From assembly GCA_964398315.1 (NCBI GenBank), contig CAYNMV010000029.1, forward strand, positions 1 through 47,690: a DNA stretch of 47,690 nucleotides, read 5' to 3'. The DNA comes from an uncultured Tepidisphaeraceae bacterium. Lineage in GTDB: Bacteria > Planctomycetota > Phycisphaerae > Tepidisphaerales > Tepidisphaeraceae. Below the pieces are notes generated by a model that saw only the letters and a program-made list of their open reading frames with translations, ran no database searches and was not told the DNA's origin. Shown here piece after piece: positions 17,623 to 27,341 of this stretch. Position 1 is the first letter of the stretch, and each line of letters starts with the position of its first letter. The position numbers were made by a program, and so were the translations under genes.

Positions 17623-17791
17623 CGTGTGAAGCCTCCTTCAATCGCTGCCGGTCACTGGTCATTCAACCTGATGCAGGCAATTTGACACAGCTTGAATCGA
17701 GCCATGCCTCCGCCTGGGTCCCCTGCCACCTTGGCAGAGAGCGGGCTGGCCCCCCGTATGGTGCAGCCAGGAGATGGCCAGATCGCCTCAT

Positions 17792-19591
17792 TCACACCAC
17801 CGGCGTGCCGAAGGTACGGGTGCGGGTGATCCGGTCGATGCGAACGGGCATCACGTCGCCCCAGCGCACCGCCGGCGCGGAAAAATGGACATCGAAGTAA
17901 CGCTCGCACCGGCCACGGTAGAGATTCAGCTCGCTGCCGGCTGCATCCGAGCGCTCAACGAGCAGCTCAACCGTCTGGCCGATGAACTGCCGGCGATAGT
18001 TGAAGCTGTGCTCGAGGGCACGTGCGCGCAGTTGCTCGATGCGCTGGCGGGCGATTGCGCTGGGGATGAAATCGGCGGTCCAGCGGGCTGCGGCGGTGCC
18101 GGGGCGCGGGGAAAAGGAGAACGCGTGGATATGGATGAAGCGGGCGCGCTCGACGATATCGAGGGTTTGCTCGAATTCGGCATCGGTTTCGCCGGGGAAG
18201 CCGCAGATGATGTCGGTGGTCAGGGCCGGGCGGTCAAAGGCGGCATACACGCGGTCGAGCATGCGAAGGAAATCCTCGCGCGTGTACTGGCGGTTCATCC
18301 GCCGCAGCAGGCGGCTGGAGCCGCTTTGCAGCGGGAGGTGGAAGTGCGGGACCACCTGGGGCAGATCGCGCAGCACCGCGATCAGCTCATCGGTCAGGTC
18401 CATCGGCTCAAGGCTGCTGAAGCGCAGGCGATGCAGGCCGCGCACATGCGTGCAGAGGGCACGGGCAAGGGCGCCGAGGGGGATCTGCGTGTTGGGCCCG
18501 GTCGATCTCTCCGGGCGCTGAGCGGCTGCGTCCGCGCGGGCCATGCCCTGGCGGCGGCGCAGCGCGGTGCTGTGGCCATACGCCCCAAGGAAAATACCGG
18601 TGAGGACGATTTCGCGGTGGCCGGCATCAACCAGCGCCTGGGCTTCTGCGATGGCCGCATCGATCGGCTTGCTCCAGAGCGCCGGGCGCAGCTTCGGAAT
18701 GATGCAGTAGGTGCAGTGGGCATCGCATCCATCCTGCACCTTGAGGAACGCGCGGGCGCGGTCGGTTGCATGGGCATCGAGGATGGGCAGAGAGGCCGCA
18801 CCGGGTGCCGCGATCGGCAACCGGAGGGAGTTCGCTGGCGCATCAGATGACATGGCGGGCCGCCGCCCTGTTGAATCGCCCTGCTGCCGTGGCCCAGCGC
18901 CATTTGTCGCCGGGTGGGCACTGCCGTCCATGTCAGGATTTTGCTTGACCCGCGCCGGTCTCTGTGATTTCCTGATAGAAGTGTGATGGGAGCCGGAGCG
19001 CTCGCCCATCCATCCATCATCCCCCGCCTGTTCGGGCTGCGTGTAAGCGGCATTGGTGTCCGTGGCGCGCGCATCCGGCCTTCGGCCCTGATCATCTGGT
19101 ATCGGGGCAAACCATTGATCGAGGAGTGCATTGAGCGTGTCGGCCACGGCATCGTGATGGCCGATGACGGCATCGACGCCGGGCAGGGCCTGGGCGGCGG
19201 CCTTGTCGCTCGTGGCCCAACAGCCCATGACGATCACCCGCGATCGCCTTACTGCTGTTGCGGTCGCCCCCGGCCCGGCCGCATCGCCGACATTGCCCAG
19301 GCCGGGCGATTGGGCGGGATCAGCCCCCGCCCCGGAAGAGCAAGAATCCAGAACCGGCAGCGGCATGGTGCGGGAGATGCCCGCTACGTGCTTGGCGCGT
19401 GTGGCCCGGCGGGCCATTTGCCGACTCTTGCTGGTTGCCTCGGTCGTGACCGCGCAGGTGTTGATGATGTGCAGATCTGCCTCGCCGCCCTCCGCCAGCA
19501 CCCAGCCCCGGGCGCGCAGCAGCGTCGCAACCTGCTCGCTTTCGTACTGGTTGACCTTGCAGCCGAGGGTTTGGATCGCAAATGTACGCAA
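17792..19591 (-). CDS. mtaB: tRNA t6A37 methylthiotransferase MtaB-like radical SAM enzyme, with large low-complexity insertions
   Basis: FAIQTLGCKVNQYESE N-terminal MTTase motif, NTCAVT, the radical-SAM motif VQDGCDAHCTYC, and a C-terminal TRAM-like region. The likely start is TTG (LRTFAIQ) at 19589-19591. The track ORF runs on to 21166, but that extension is antisense to pilM and non-coding-looking. Insertions are rich in A/G/P/R/Q. Confidence 0.75.
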   Translation of the reverse strand: MRTFAIQTLGCKVNQYESEQVATLLRARGWVLAEGGEADLHIINTCAVTTEATSKSRQMARRATRAKHVAGISRTMPLPVLDSCSSGAGADPAQSPGLGNVGDAAGPGATATAVRRSRVIVMGCWATSDKAAAQALPGVDAVIGHHDAVADTLNALLDQWFAPIPDDQGRRPDARATDTNAAYTQPEQAGDDGWMGERSGSHHTSIRKSQRPARVKQNPDMDGSAHPATNGAGPRQQGDSTGRRPAMSSDAPANSLRLPIAAPGAASLPILDAHATDRARAFLKVQDGCDAHCTYCIIPKLRPALWSKPIDAAIAEAQALVDAGHREIVLTGIFLGAYGHSTALRRRQGMARADAAAQRPERSTGPNTQIPLGALARALCTHVRGLHRLRFSSLEPMDLTDELIAVLRDLPQVVPHFHLPLQSGSSRLLRRMNRQYTREDFLRMLDRVYAAFDRPALTTDIICGFPGETDAEFEQTLDIVERARFIHIHAFSFSPRPGTAAARWTADFIPSAIARQRIEQLRARALEHSFNYRRQFIGQTVELLVERSDAAGSELNLYRGRCERYFDVHFSAPAVRWGDVMPVRIDRITRTRTFGTPVV

Positions 19592-20002
19592 TGGAATCGG
19601 GAGGTTGTCCGTTATGAGGTCACCCGTGACGGCGGCGCCGGGCTCAACACCCGCCCAGGCGATGGAAACACGATTCGGGCTCGCCGCGCCTGCCCTGGCC
19701 TGAGCGAAAAACCACCGCCTGCGCGGTGCCCGTTTCCCGCCGGCGACACAGGCTCCAAAACATCGCCCCGGCACAGGGAACCTGAACGTAACTAATGTCG
19801 TCTGATAAAGGTAGGGCTGTCGGCCCGGATGGACAAGGTTGAAGAAGAACAGTCGAGCGGTTAAACCTACACTCAGGAAGCACCCGGGACACGACCCCGA
19901 CTCTCGGGGCCGATCCCCCAGAAACGGATTCCGCTCCCGCTCCCGCCCGCCGGCGATGATCGCCGCCCGACGCGTCGAGCGGCCGCGGACGAGGAGACAT
20001 CC

Positions 20003-22189
20003 ATGGCATCCCCCCGCTTCGCCTGGGGCATCGATATCGGTAACGGTGCCCTCAAGGCCGTCCGCCTCTCCCGTGAAGACGGCCAACTCCGCATCACCGA
20101 CTACGAGTACATCGAGCACGAGCAGGTCCTGTCCAACGCGGGGGATAACCGCGAAGCCCTGGTGGCCTCTGCGCTGGCGAATTTCGTCGGCCGCCACCCC
20201 ATGAAGGGCGGCGTGGCCGCTGTGAGCGTCTCGGGCCAGCAGTCGTTTGCGCGCTTCATCAAGCTGCCGCCGGTTGAAGAGAAGAAGATTCCTGAGATCG
20301 TCCGCTTCGAGGCGATCCAGCAGATTCCCTTCCCGCTGGATGATGTGGAGTGGAATTACCAGCTGTTCCGCGATCCCGAATCGCCTGATGTCGAGGTCGG
20401 CATCTTCGCGATGCGCAAGGAGCTGGTCAGCCAGCACATCAAGCAGTTCACCGATGTAGACCTGAACGTGCAGGTGGTTCAGATGAACCCCCTGGCGGTC
20501 TACAACGCGATGTACCACGACAACCGGCTGACCGGCACCACCATGATCATTGACCTGGGTGCCGAGAACACCGACCTGATCATCGCCGATGGGGAGACGG
20601 TGTGGCTGCGGTCGATCCCGATCGGTGGCAACTCCTTTACCGAAGCGCTGGTCAAGGCCTTCAAGCTGAACTTCACCAAGGCCGAAGACCTGAAGCGCAA
20701 CGCCGCCACCAGCAAATACGCCCGCCAGATCTTCCAGGCGATGCGCCCGGTCTTCGCCGACCTGGTCAGCGAGGTCCAGCGCTCGATCGGCTTCTACGCC
20801 AGCGTGCATCGCGACTCGCGCATCGAGCGGGTGCTTGCCCTGGGCGGCACCTTCAAGATGCCGACACTCCAGAAGTACCTGCAGCAGAACCTGCAGGTAG
20901 AGGTGGAGAAGCTGGACCGCTTCGCCGCCGGGGCGCCGGAGGACCCGAAACTGGCCACCGGCTTCAACGATCACCTGCTGTCGATGGGCGGCGCCTACGG
21001 CCTGGCCATCCAGGCGATGGGCGAGGCCAAGATCACCAGCAGCCTGCTGCCGCTGGCCATCCGCCGGGCCAAGATGTGGCGTGAGAAGACCAAGTGGTTC
21101 GCCGCCGCCGCCGCCTGCTTCGTGGCCGCGCCGGTGGTGGCCTACGGCGCGATGTGGGCCATGCACGATGCGCCCTATGAGGCAGCCAGCAAGGACCGGG
21201 CGGAAATCCGGTCAATCCTCAACCGCGCCCAGAACCTGGACAGCGAGTGGTCGGCGATCGAGCAGTCCGGCTCGGCCGACCGCCAGCAGATCAGCAATGT
21301 CCAGTCGCTGCTCAACTACCGCGACCTGCGGACGCAGCTCCTGAGCGACATTTACGGCTCGCTGCCCCAGCCCGGCTGGACGACCGTCGAGGAGATGAAG
21401 GCCATCCCGCGCCCGCAGCGCCAGCAGATCATCATCGACTCGATCAGCGAGAAATACGTCCCGGACCTGACCCAGTTGCTCGCGGCCAGCGACCTTGATT
21501 TCCCCAATCTCGTCCGTACCCAGCTCGGGCAGCAGACCCAGGGCGGCTGGGGCCGGGGCAGCGCCGGTTGGAGCGCGCCGCAGCCTCCTTCCTCGGATGA
21601 CCCGATGGGTGCGCCGGCCGCGCCCACCGAGGTGAAGCGCGGCCTGCTGATCACGGTGCGCGGCCTGACGCCCCACAGCAGTCAGCTCGGCCTGGTCAGC
21701 CAGACGCTCGTCAAGGGCCTCAACGAGATCAATGAGCAGAACAAGGGCGACCGCCATTACTATGTCGCCCGCGCAGTCACGCTTGACTCGATCAACGTCG
21801 CCCAGGGCCAGCTTGGCCAGAAGCTGCTGGCAGCCAATCAGAGCCGCGAAAAGCTCAAGGCCGGCCAGATCACACCCGGCGCTACCCCGGAAGGCGGCGA
21901 CTTGTTCGACGGCAGACCGGGACAGCCCGGCTTCGGAGGCGGCGGGCTCGGCGGCGCCGGGTTTGGCGGCGGCGCGGGTGGCTTCGGTGGTGGTGGATTC
22001 GGTGGCGGGACCATGGGCAACCAGCCCTGGCAGTTGGGCGGCGGCAACACCGGCGCTGCCCGTACGGTCCCCACGATTCTCGACCCCATTACCGATGAGC
22101 CGATGAACCAGGACACCGAGTTCCGCGTCGTCTTCCTCGTTGTCATGGACCTGCCCGGCGAGAAGAAGCCGGTCGAGCCGGCGTACTAG
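20003..22189 (+). CDS. pilM: Type IV pilus assembly protein PilM (actin-like ATPase fold) fused to a PilN-like TM segment and a glycine-rich C-terminal tail
   Basis: N-terminus WGIDIGNGALKAVRL...IKLPPVEEKKIPEIVRFEAIQQIPFPLDDVEWNYQ is characteristic of PilM. A TM helix WFAAAAACFVAAPVVAYGAMWA lies after aa ~360. A GGGLGGAGFGGGAGGFGGGGFGGG tract lies near the C-terminus. A GAGGAG RBS precedes the ATG. Confidence 0.7.
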   Translation: MASPRFAWGIDIGNGALKAVRLSREDGQLRITDYEYIEHEQVLSNAGDNREALVASALANFVGRHPMKGGVAAVSVSGQQSFARFIKLPPVEEKKIPEIVRFEAIQQIPFPLDDVEWNYQLFRDPESPDVEVGIFAMRKELVSQHIKQFTDVDLNVQVVQMNPLAVYNAMYHDNRLTGTTMIIDLGAENTDLIIADGETVWLRSIPIGGNSFTEALVKAFKLNFTKAEDLKRNAATSKYARQIFQAMRPVFADLVSEVQRSIGFYASVHRDSRIERVLALGGTFKMPTLQKYLQQNLQVEVEKLDRFAAGAPEDPKLATGFNDHLLSMGGAYGLAIQAMGEAKITSSLLPLAIRRAKMWREKTKWFAAAAACFVAAPVVAYGAMWAMHDAPYEAASKDRAEIRSILNRAQNLDSEWSAIEQSGSADRQQISNVQSLLNYRDLRTQLLSDIYGSLPQPGWTTVEEMKAIPRPQRQQIIIDSISEKYVPDLTQLLAASDLDFPNLVRTQLGQQTQGGWGRGSAGWSAPQPPSSDDPMGAPAAPTEVKRGLLITVRGLTPHSSQLGLVSQTLVKGLNEINEQNKGDRHYYVARAVTLDSINVAQGQLGQKLLAANQSREKLKAGQITPGATPEGGDLFDGRPGQPGFGGGGLGGAGFGGGAGGFGGGGFGGGTMGNQPWQLGGGNTGAARTVPTILDPITDEPMNQDTEFRVVFLVVMDLPGEKKPVEPAY

Positions 22190-22276
22190 ACGCCATCCTC
22201 CCCCGGCCGGGTTCATCCCGGCCGCGGGCGCTGATGAACCGGTGAACGATCAACCCCGCGACCGCGAGGTACCGCA

Positions 22277-23659
22277 ATGGAAATCGTCAAGAACAACATC
22301 GTCAGCATCATCCTGGGCGTCATCGCCCTGGTGGCGCTGACCACCCCCCTGTGGCTCCTGCCCAGCTATAAAGGCGACCTTGAATCCAAGGCCAGGGCCA
22401 GCCAGAGCACCGCTTCCAACATCAACGCCCTGCTGACCAAGGAGCGGATGAAGCCGGGGGTCGACCTGGCCGGCCAGCCCACCCCGCTGGAGCAGTTCCC
22501 CAACGAAAACACCATCGCTGCCGGCAAAGCCCTTCAGCAGGAAGTCGCCAACACCGCGACCGAGATGCTTAACCGGGCGATCGAGATGAATCGCCGCAGC
22601 GTCATGTTCCCGGGCCTCAATGATGTGGTGCTGGTGCCCGACGCCCTGCCGCAGCAGCGCAACAACGGCGCGTTCGACTTCCGCAACCGCTATGCCGAGT
22701 TGGCGCGCAATCAAGTGCTGGCCCGGCAACTGCTCAACGCTGGCACACCGCCGACCAAGGAGGACATCGATCAGGAAATCAAGATCCTGCAAGACCGCAT
22801 CATGGCGCGGCGGCGCACGTTCCCGGGTGGCGGTGACAATCTCCAGGAGTTGCAGGCCGAATTTCAGCAGCAGTCGCTGCTGGTTGCCCCGAGGCTGATT
22901 GCCGAGCGGGCCGCCAGCCTGCGGATGTACGTGGATACCAACGCCTTCAACTGGCACCAGGCGATCCGCCAGGCCCAGGAAACCGGCCAGGCGCCCAACC
23001 CGGTGCAGACCTGGCAGGCGCAGCTTGGCCTGTGGCTCCAGACCGCCTTCGCCCGCGCGATCGCCGATGCCAACGCCCAGGCCAAGAACGTTCACGATGC
23101 GGTGGTCAAGCGGCTGCTGCGGATCGAGTTCGCGGAAAACCCCTACGTCCTGCAAACCAAGACCGCCCCTGCTGCCGGCAGCGGCTATGACCCGTACGAT
23201 GAGTTCGGCATGACCCCCGGCATGGGATCGGACATGATGGGCGGCAGCGGCATGGCCATGGCGCCCGCCAGTGAAGGTGATCCGTCCGCCCCGCTGCCCA
23301 AGGATTACACCAAGTCGCTGACCGGCCGGGTTTCCAACCCGATGTACGATGTGGTGCATTTCCGTGCGGTGCTGCACGTGGACCATGCCCGCCTGCCGCT
23401 GTTCCTGCGGAAACTGGGTGAGAACCGCCTGATGTATGTGCGCACGATGCACATCGAGGCGATTGATCCGGTGGGCCTCCAGATCCAGGGTTATGTCTAC
23501 GGCCCCGATCCGGTGGTTGAGGTGACGCTGGAGATGGAAATGCTGTTCATGCGAGCCTGGACATTGCCGCTGATGCCCGATCCGGTGCGGGTGAGCCTGG
23601 GCCTGCCGGCGCAGAATCCCTCTGCGATGGGTGGTGTCGGGCCGATGTCCAGCTTCTAG
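22277..23659 (+). CDS. Hypothetical N-terminally anchored protein, possibly a PilO-like pilus assembly component
   Basis: Single N-terminal TM (IVSIILGVIALVALTTPLWLL) followed by a hydrophilic Q/A/R-rich domain. Positioned immediately downstream of pilM. Confidence 0.4.
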   Translation: MEIVKNNIVSIILGVIALVALTTPLWLLPSYKGDLESKARASQSTASNINALLTKERMKPGVDLAGQPTPLEQFPNENTIAAGKALQQEVANTATEMLNRAIEMNRRSVMFPGLNDVVLVPDALPQQRNNGAFDFRNRYAELARNQVLARQLLNAGTPPTKEDIDQEIKILQDRIMARRRTFPGGGDNLQELQAEFQQQSLLVAPRLIAERAASLRMYVDTNAFNWHQAIRQAQETGQAPNPVQTWQAQLGLWLQTAFARAIADANAQAKNVHDAVVKRLLRIEFAENPYVLQTKTAPAAGSGYDPYDEFGMTPGMGSDMMGGSGMAMAPASEGDPSAPLPKDYTKSLTGRVSNPMYDVVHFRAVLHVDHARLPLFLRKLGENRLMYVRTMHIEAIDPVGLQIQGYVYGPDPVVEVTLEMEMLFMRAWTLPLMPDPVRVSLGLPAQNPSAMGGVGPMSSF

Positions 23660-23726
23660 GTCGCCGAATATGGGCGGCCACGCGGCGCCGGCCCTGAGCC
23701 TCAAGACTTAACGGCGGGGTGCACTT

Positions 23727-25667
23727 ATGAACAAATTCACTGAATTCCTCGAAAAGAACGTGGAATGGCTGGCCCTGGGCCTGGGCGGGATCTTCCTGCT
23801 GTGGATGGTCTGGGGCTATGTCATCACGCCGCCGGTAACCGTGACGGTCGGCGGCAATCAGTTGGCGCTGGGCGAGGTCGACCGCTACATCCTGCGCGGC
23901 CCGGCAACGCAGCTGAAGGCCGCGATGGAACAGGGCGGCGTGCTCGACCTGAGCTTCGAGAACGTGGCGGCCCAGTGGGACAAGGAGATGAGCAACCAGG
24001 GCGATGCCTCGCCGCGTGCCCTGCCGCCGTACTCCATCGCGTTCCGCGGCAGTGGTGGCCCGGTGGTGGATCCGGGCCGGCCGCAGGAGCAGCAGGTCTG
24101 GGTGGCGGAGTTGGCCGTGCCGCCGGCGCCGGAGGCGGTGATGGAGATGGAAGCTGGCGCAGCCCGGCCCACTCACGTGCTGGTTAAAGGCGTGTCGCAG
24201 GTGCCGGTTCCGGCCGAGGTGAACCCGGTGATGCCCGACGCTGGCGCGGCCATGAGGAACATCAACCTGCAAGGGGGCAATGTCATCACCCAGGACCGTC
24301 TGTGGGTGACGCTGTTGTACGAGATCGACATGGCCGCACTGGCCAAGGAGCTGGCCGACAAGAAATATTACGATGCGCTGAAAAATCAGCCCGTGACCGC
24401 ATTCCTGCATGTTGAGGTGGAGCGCCAGGAGTTGATCGGCCCGGACCAGTGGAGCGAGCCGCAGCCGGTCAGCCGTCTGCCGATGAACCAGCTTCCGCCC
24501 CTGCCGGATGGCAGCGACCCGCAGTTGGCCCAGCAGTACACCGAGTGGGCCGCACGCAATACGCTGTACATCCTCAAGCCGCCGTTCTACCCGACGCTGC
24601 AGGGGGTGATGTGGCACCCGCCGGGCGAGCCGGAACAGGCCGCCGGGCCAAGGCAGCCGGGCCAGGGGGCCGATACGTGGCAGCCAGGCCAGGGAGGTGA
24701 GTTCCGTCCCGATCCCAACCTGAGCGCCGAGGAGAACCGTGCGCGCTATCGCGAGTGGCGCCTGCAGCAGGAACAGCAGAACCGGCAGAATGTCGAGCCG
24801 CGCCGTCCCCCGCGCGAGCGCGATTCGGGCTCATCTGACCGGCCGGGCCGCCGCACCCGTCGTTCGCGCGATGACACATTTGCCCCGCGCGACCCGGATC
24901 GCCCCGGCTCGCAGTTGAACGGTCAGGTGCAGTTCTTCCAGGTGCGTCGTGGCACGCCGCCCCCGTCACCCGATCAGCCCATGTTCGATGACCCAATGCT
25001 GATGGATCAGCCGATGCCGCGGCCCGGTCAGGCCGGCCAGCAGCCGTCGGTGATTCCGCAAGAGGTGATGGGCCGCTTCGTTCCCACCGCCAACACCCCC
25101 ATCGTCGAGTTCTGGGTCCACGATGACAGCGTGCAGGCCGGCAAGACCTATCGCTACCGCGTACGCTACCGCATGCTCAATCCGCTCTACGGTCTGTTCA
25201 ACGTGGCCCGCCCGGAGAGCCTGCAGCAGGTCTACGCCCTGGTCAGCCCCTGGAGCGAGTGGAGCGAGCCGGTGGCGATGGATGCCCTCTCGCAGTACTT
25301 CGTCTCCGGTGGTGGCATCGGCCGTGACAACGTCGCGTTCGATGTGTTCAAGTGGGAGAACGGCGGCTGGCAGCAGGCGCGGTTCGACAACGTCCGCCCC
25401 GGCGATATCGTCGGCGGGGTGAAGTCGGTCTTCGGCAACGATATCGACTTCTCCACCGGCGCGACCGTGGTGGACATCCGCCGCATGGGCACCAGCGGCG
25501 AGAACATCGTGATGCTGATGGACTCGCAGGGGAACCTGATCACCCGCGACTTCCGCAGCGATCAATCAGACCCGACCTACCGCGAGTTGCAGCGCAAAGC
25601 GCAGGAAGACCGCATTCGTCTCCAGCAGATGCGTCCCGGCGAGGGCCCCGCCGCCGGGTTGCGCTAG
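23727..25667 (+). CDS. Hypothetical N-terminally anchored protein with a Pro/Gln/Arg-rich linker and a C-terminal globular domain (pilus-cluster associated)
   Basis: N-terminal TM (WLALGLGGIFLLWMVWGYVI), a long low-complexity PGQ/R-rich middle region, and a conserved-looking C-terminal ~200 aa. It is the last gene of the pil cluster and is followed by an intrinsic terminator. Confidence 0.4.
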   Translation: MNKFTEFLEKNVEWLALGLGGIFLLWMVWGYVITPPVTVTVGGNQLALGEVDRYILRGPATQLKAAMEQGGVLDLSFENVAAQWDKEMSNQGDASPRALPPYSIAFRGSGGPVVDPGRPQEQQVWVAELAVPPAPEAVMEMEAGAARPTHVLVKGVSQVPVPAEVNPVMPDAGAAMRNINLQGGNVITQDRLWVTLLYEIDMAALAKELADKKYYDALKNQPVTAFLHVEVERQELIGPDQWSEPQPVSRLPMNQLPPLPDGSDPQLAQQYTEWAARNTLYILKPPFYPTLQGVMWHPPGEPEQAAGPRQPGQGADTWQPGQGGEFRPDPNLSAEENRARYREWRLQQEQQNRQNVEPRRPPRERDSGSSDRPGRRTRRSRDDTFAPRDPDRPGSQLNGQVQFFQVRRGTPPPSPDQPMFDDPMLMDQPMPRPGQAGQQPSVIPQEVMGRFVPTANTPIVEFWVHDDSVQAGKTYRYRVRYRMLNPLYGLFNVARPESLQQVYALVSPWSEWSEPVAMDALSQYFVSGGGIGRDNVAFDVFKWENGGWQQARFDNVRPGDIVGGVKSVFGNDIDFSTGATVVDIRRMGTSGENIVMLMDSQGNLITRDFRSDQSDPTYRELQRKAQEDRIRLQQMRPGEGPAAGLR

Positions 25668-25687
25668 CGCTGCGGCGCCTGAACGAC

Positions 25688-25738
25688 GGGCTGTCGCCTG
25701 GTGAGGAAATCTCACCGGGCGACAGCCCGCTTTTTTTG
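25688..25738 (+). terminator. Rho-independent terminator: a 12-bp perfect stem (CGGGCTGTCGCC/GGCGACAGCCCG) enclosing an inner 6-bp stem (GGTGAG/CTCACC), followed by TTTTTTT
   Basis: Read directly from the sequence. Located 21 nt after the stop codon at 25665-25667. Confidence 0.75.
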
Positions 25739-26009
25739 CCCGACCGCGGAATTTGTCTTTTTGGACTGGACAGACCGCGCCACGCATGTTATACTTATGT
25801 TAGGAATACCCGGGCCGGCGCCGGTCTGGGTATTCCAGCCGTGTTGGTCCAATGCCCTGTCATTGCCCCGCGCATGGCAGGTGTGATGCTTCATTTCTTG
25901 CAACTTGCAGCAGGGTTCGCCTGCTCGGCGCGGGGGTACGGGCTTTGCGACTGGTTTTGGCCGCGCCTGCGGGCACTCCTGCCCGCCGCGCCAGAGATGG
26001 AGGTCGCCC

Positions 26010-27143
26010 ATGTCTGTTGCCGACAACGGATGGTTTACCGAACTGCTGATTGAGCGCACACCCCCCTGCATTTCGATCTACCAACCCCTTTACCGTAACG
26101 CTCCGCCGGCCCATGAGAATCCGGTCCGCTTTCGCAATCTTGCCAAGCGGGCGGAGGAGCTGCTGGCCAAGGGATATCCGCAGGTGGATCGCCGGCGGAT
26201 GATCCGCGAGCTGATCGATCGCGTGGATCATCACGAGTTCTGGACCGGCCCGCGGGATGGCCTGGCCGTCTTCCACGCCCCGGGGTATTTCCGCATGGCT
26301 GAGCTGCAACAGCAGGTGGATGAGCTGGTTACGGTTGCCGACAGCTTCCACATCAAGCCGCTGATCCGCATCCTGCAAAGCGCTGACCGCTATCACGTGC
26401 TCTGTTTCGCGCTGCGCGATGTGCGGCTGTATGAGGGATCACGGCACGGGTTGCGCGAGATGGAATTGCAGAATGTCCCGCGGGATATCAACCGCGCTGT
26501 CGGCCTGGTGCACCGCCAGCCTGGCACCCCCGCGCGCAACCGGGCGGCAGGACCTGCCCCCACGACGGATGGAGAGACCGGATTCGCCGCAATATCCATC
26601 GAGCACTTCATCCGCGCGGTGGATGAGGCGATCTGGGAGCAGATCTCCCGCCGCACCCCCCTGCCGTTGATCCTGGTGTGCGATGGGCAGTATCACGACC
26701 TGTGGCGTCGGATCAGCAGAAACCGGATGCTGCTCAAGGACCGCATGGTTGGCCTGGTGCCCAGCCATGTGCCGATCGACCGGCTGAAACAGGAAGCCTG
26801 GCGGGCATATGAGCCGATCTACAACCGCCGGTTGCATGGGCTGATCGATCAGTTCAAGGTTGCCCGGGCGCACCGTACCGGCTCCGATCAGATCGCCGAG
26901 GTGGCCCAGGCCGCTGCCGATGGGCGGGTTGGGTCACTGCTGGTGGCCGAGAATGCCCGCATCCCCGGCCGACTGGATCGAGCCCACGGCCGAATCGAGC
27001 AGGCCAGCGCGGTCGGGCCGGATGCGGATGATGTGGTGGATGAGCTGGCCGAGATGGTACTGAGGATGGACGGCCAGGTCATCGCGCTGCCGCCCGAGCA
27101 GATGCCCACCGAGGCCGGCATCGCAGCCATCTATCGCTACTGA
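26010..27143 (+). CDS. eRF1/Pelota-like domain protein (bacterial archaeo-eukaryotic release-factor-like, baeRF family). The assignment is tentative.
   Basis: C-terminal region GRVGSLLVAEN...VVDELAEMVLRMDGQVIALPPEQM...AGIAAIYRY resembles eRF1/Pelota domain 3, which ends ...GGIGAILRY. A central VLCFALRDVRLYEG segment is also present. Start taken at MSVADNGW (the track ORF begins at 25905). Confidence 0.45.
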   Translation: MSVADNGWFTELLIERTPPCISIYQPLYRNAPPAHENPVRFRNLAKRAEELLAKGYPQVDRRRMIRELIDRVDHHEFWTGPRDGLAVFHAPGYFRMAELQQQVDELVTVADSFHIKPLIRILQSADRYHVLCFALRDVRLYEGSRHGLREMELQNVPRDINRAVGLVHRQPGTPARNRAAGPAPTTDGETGFAAISIEHFIRAVDEAIWEQISRRTPLPLILVCDGQYHDLWRRISRNRMLLKDRMVGLVPSHVPIDRLKQEAWRAYEPIYNRRLHGLIDQFKVARAHRTGSDQIAEVAQAAADGRVGSLLVAENARIPGRLDRAHGRIEQASAVGPDADDVVDELAEMVLRMDGQVIALPPEQMPTEAGIAAIYRY

Positions 27144-27341
27144 GGTTTGCAGGCTGAAGTGACAGGTGAAGCCCAAACAGGCACCACCGCGAAGATGAGC
27201 ACGTGATGGATGCTGCCCGCCTGGCATCTTCGCCTTGCGTGGCACGGAATGGCAGGCCGTACTGATGGGGGTTCCCCCCGCAAAGGCCGCCAACCCGTGC
27301 CACCGGGGGGGCCGCTGCGTGGTATTGGCCCGCGACCTGCG

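Noticed and set aside
17792-21166. The ORF track joins the MtaB gene to an extra about 525 codons reaching 21166.
   Set aside because: The extension is antisense to pilM and translates to low-complexity sequence. The MtaB N-terminal motif (FAIQTLGCKVNQYESE) begins right after a TTG at 19589-19591, so the gene is trimmed there.
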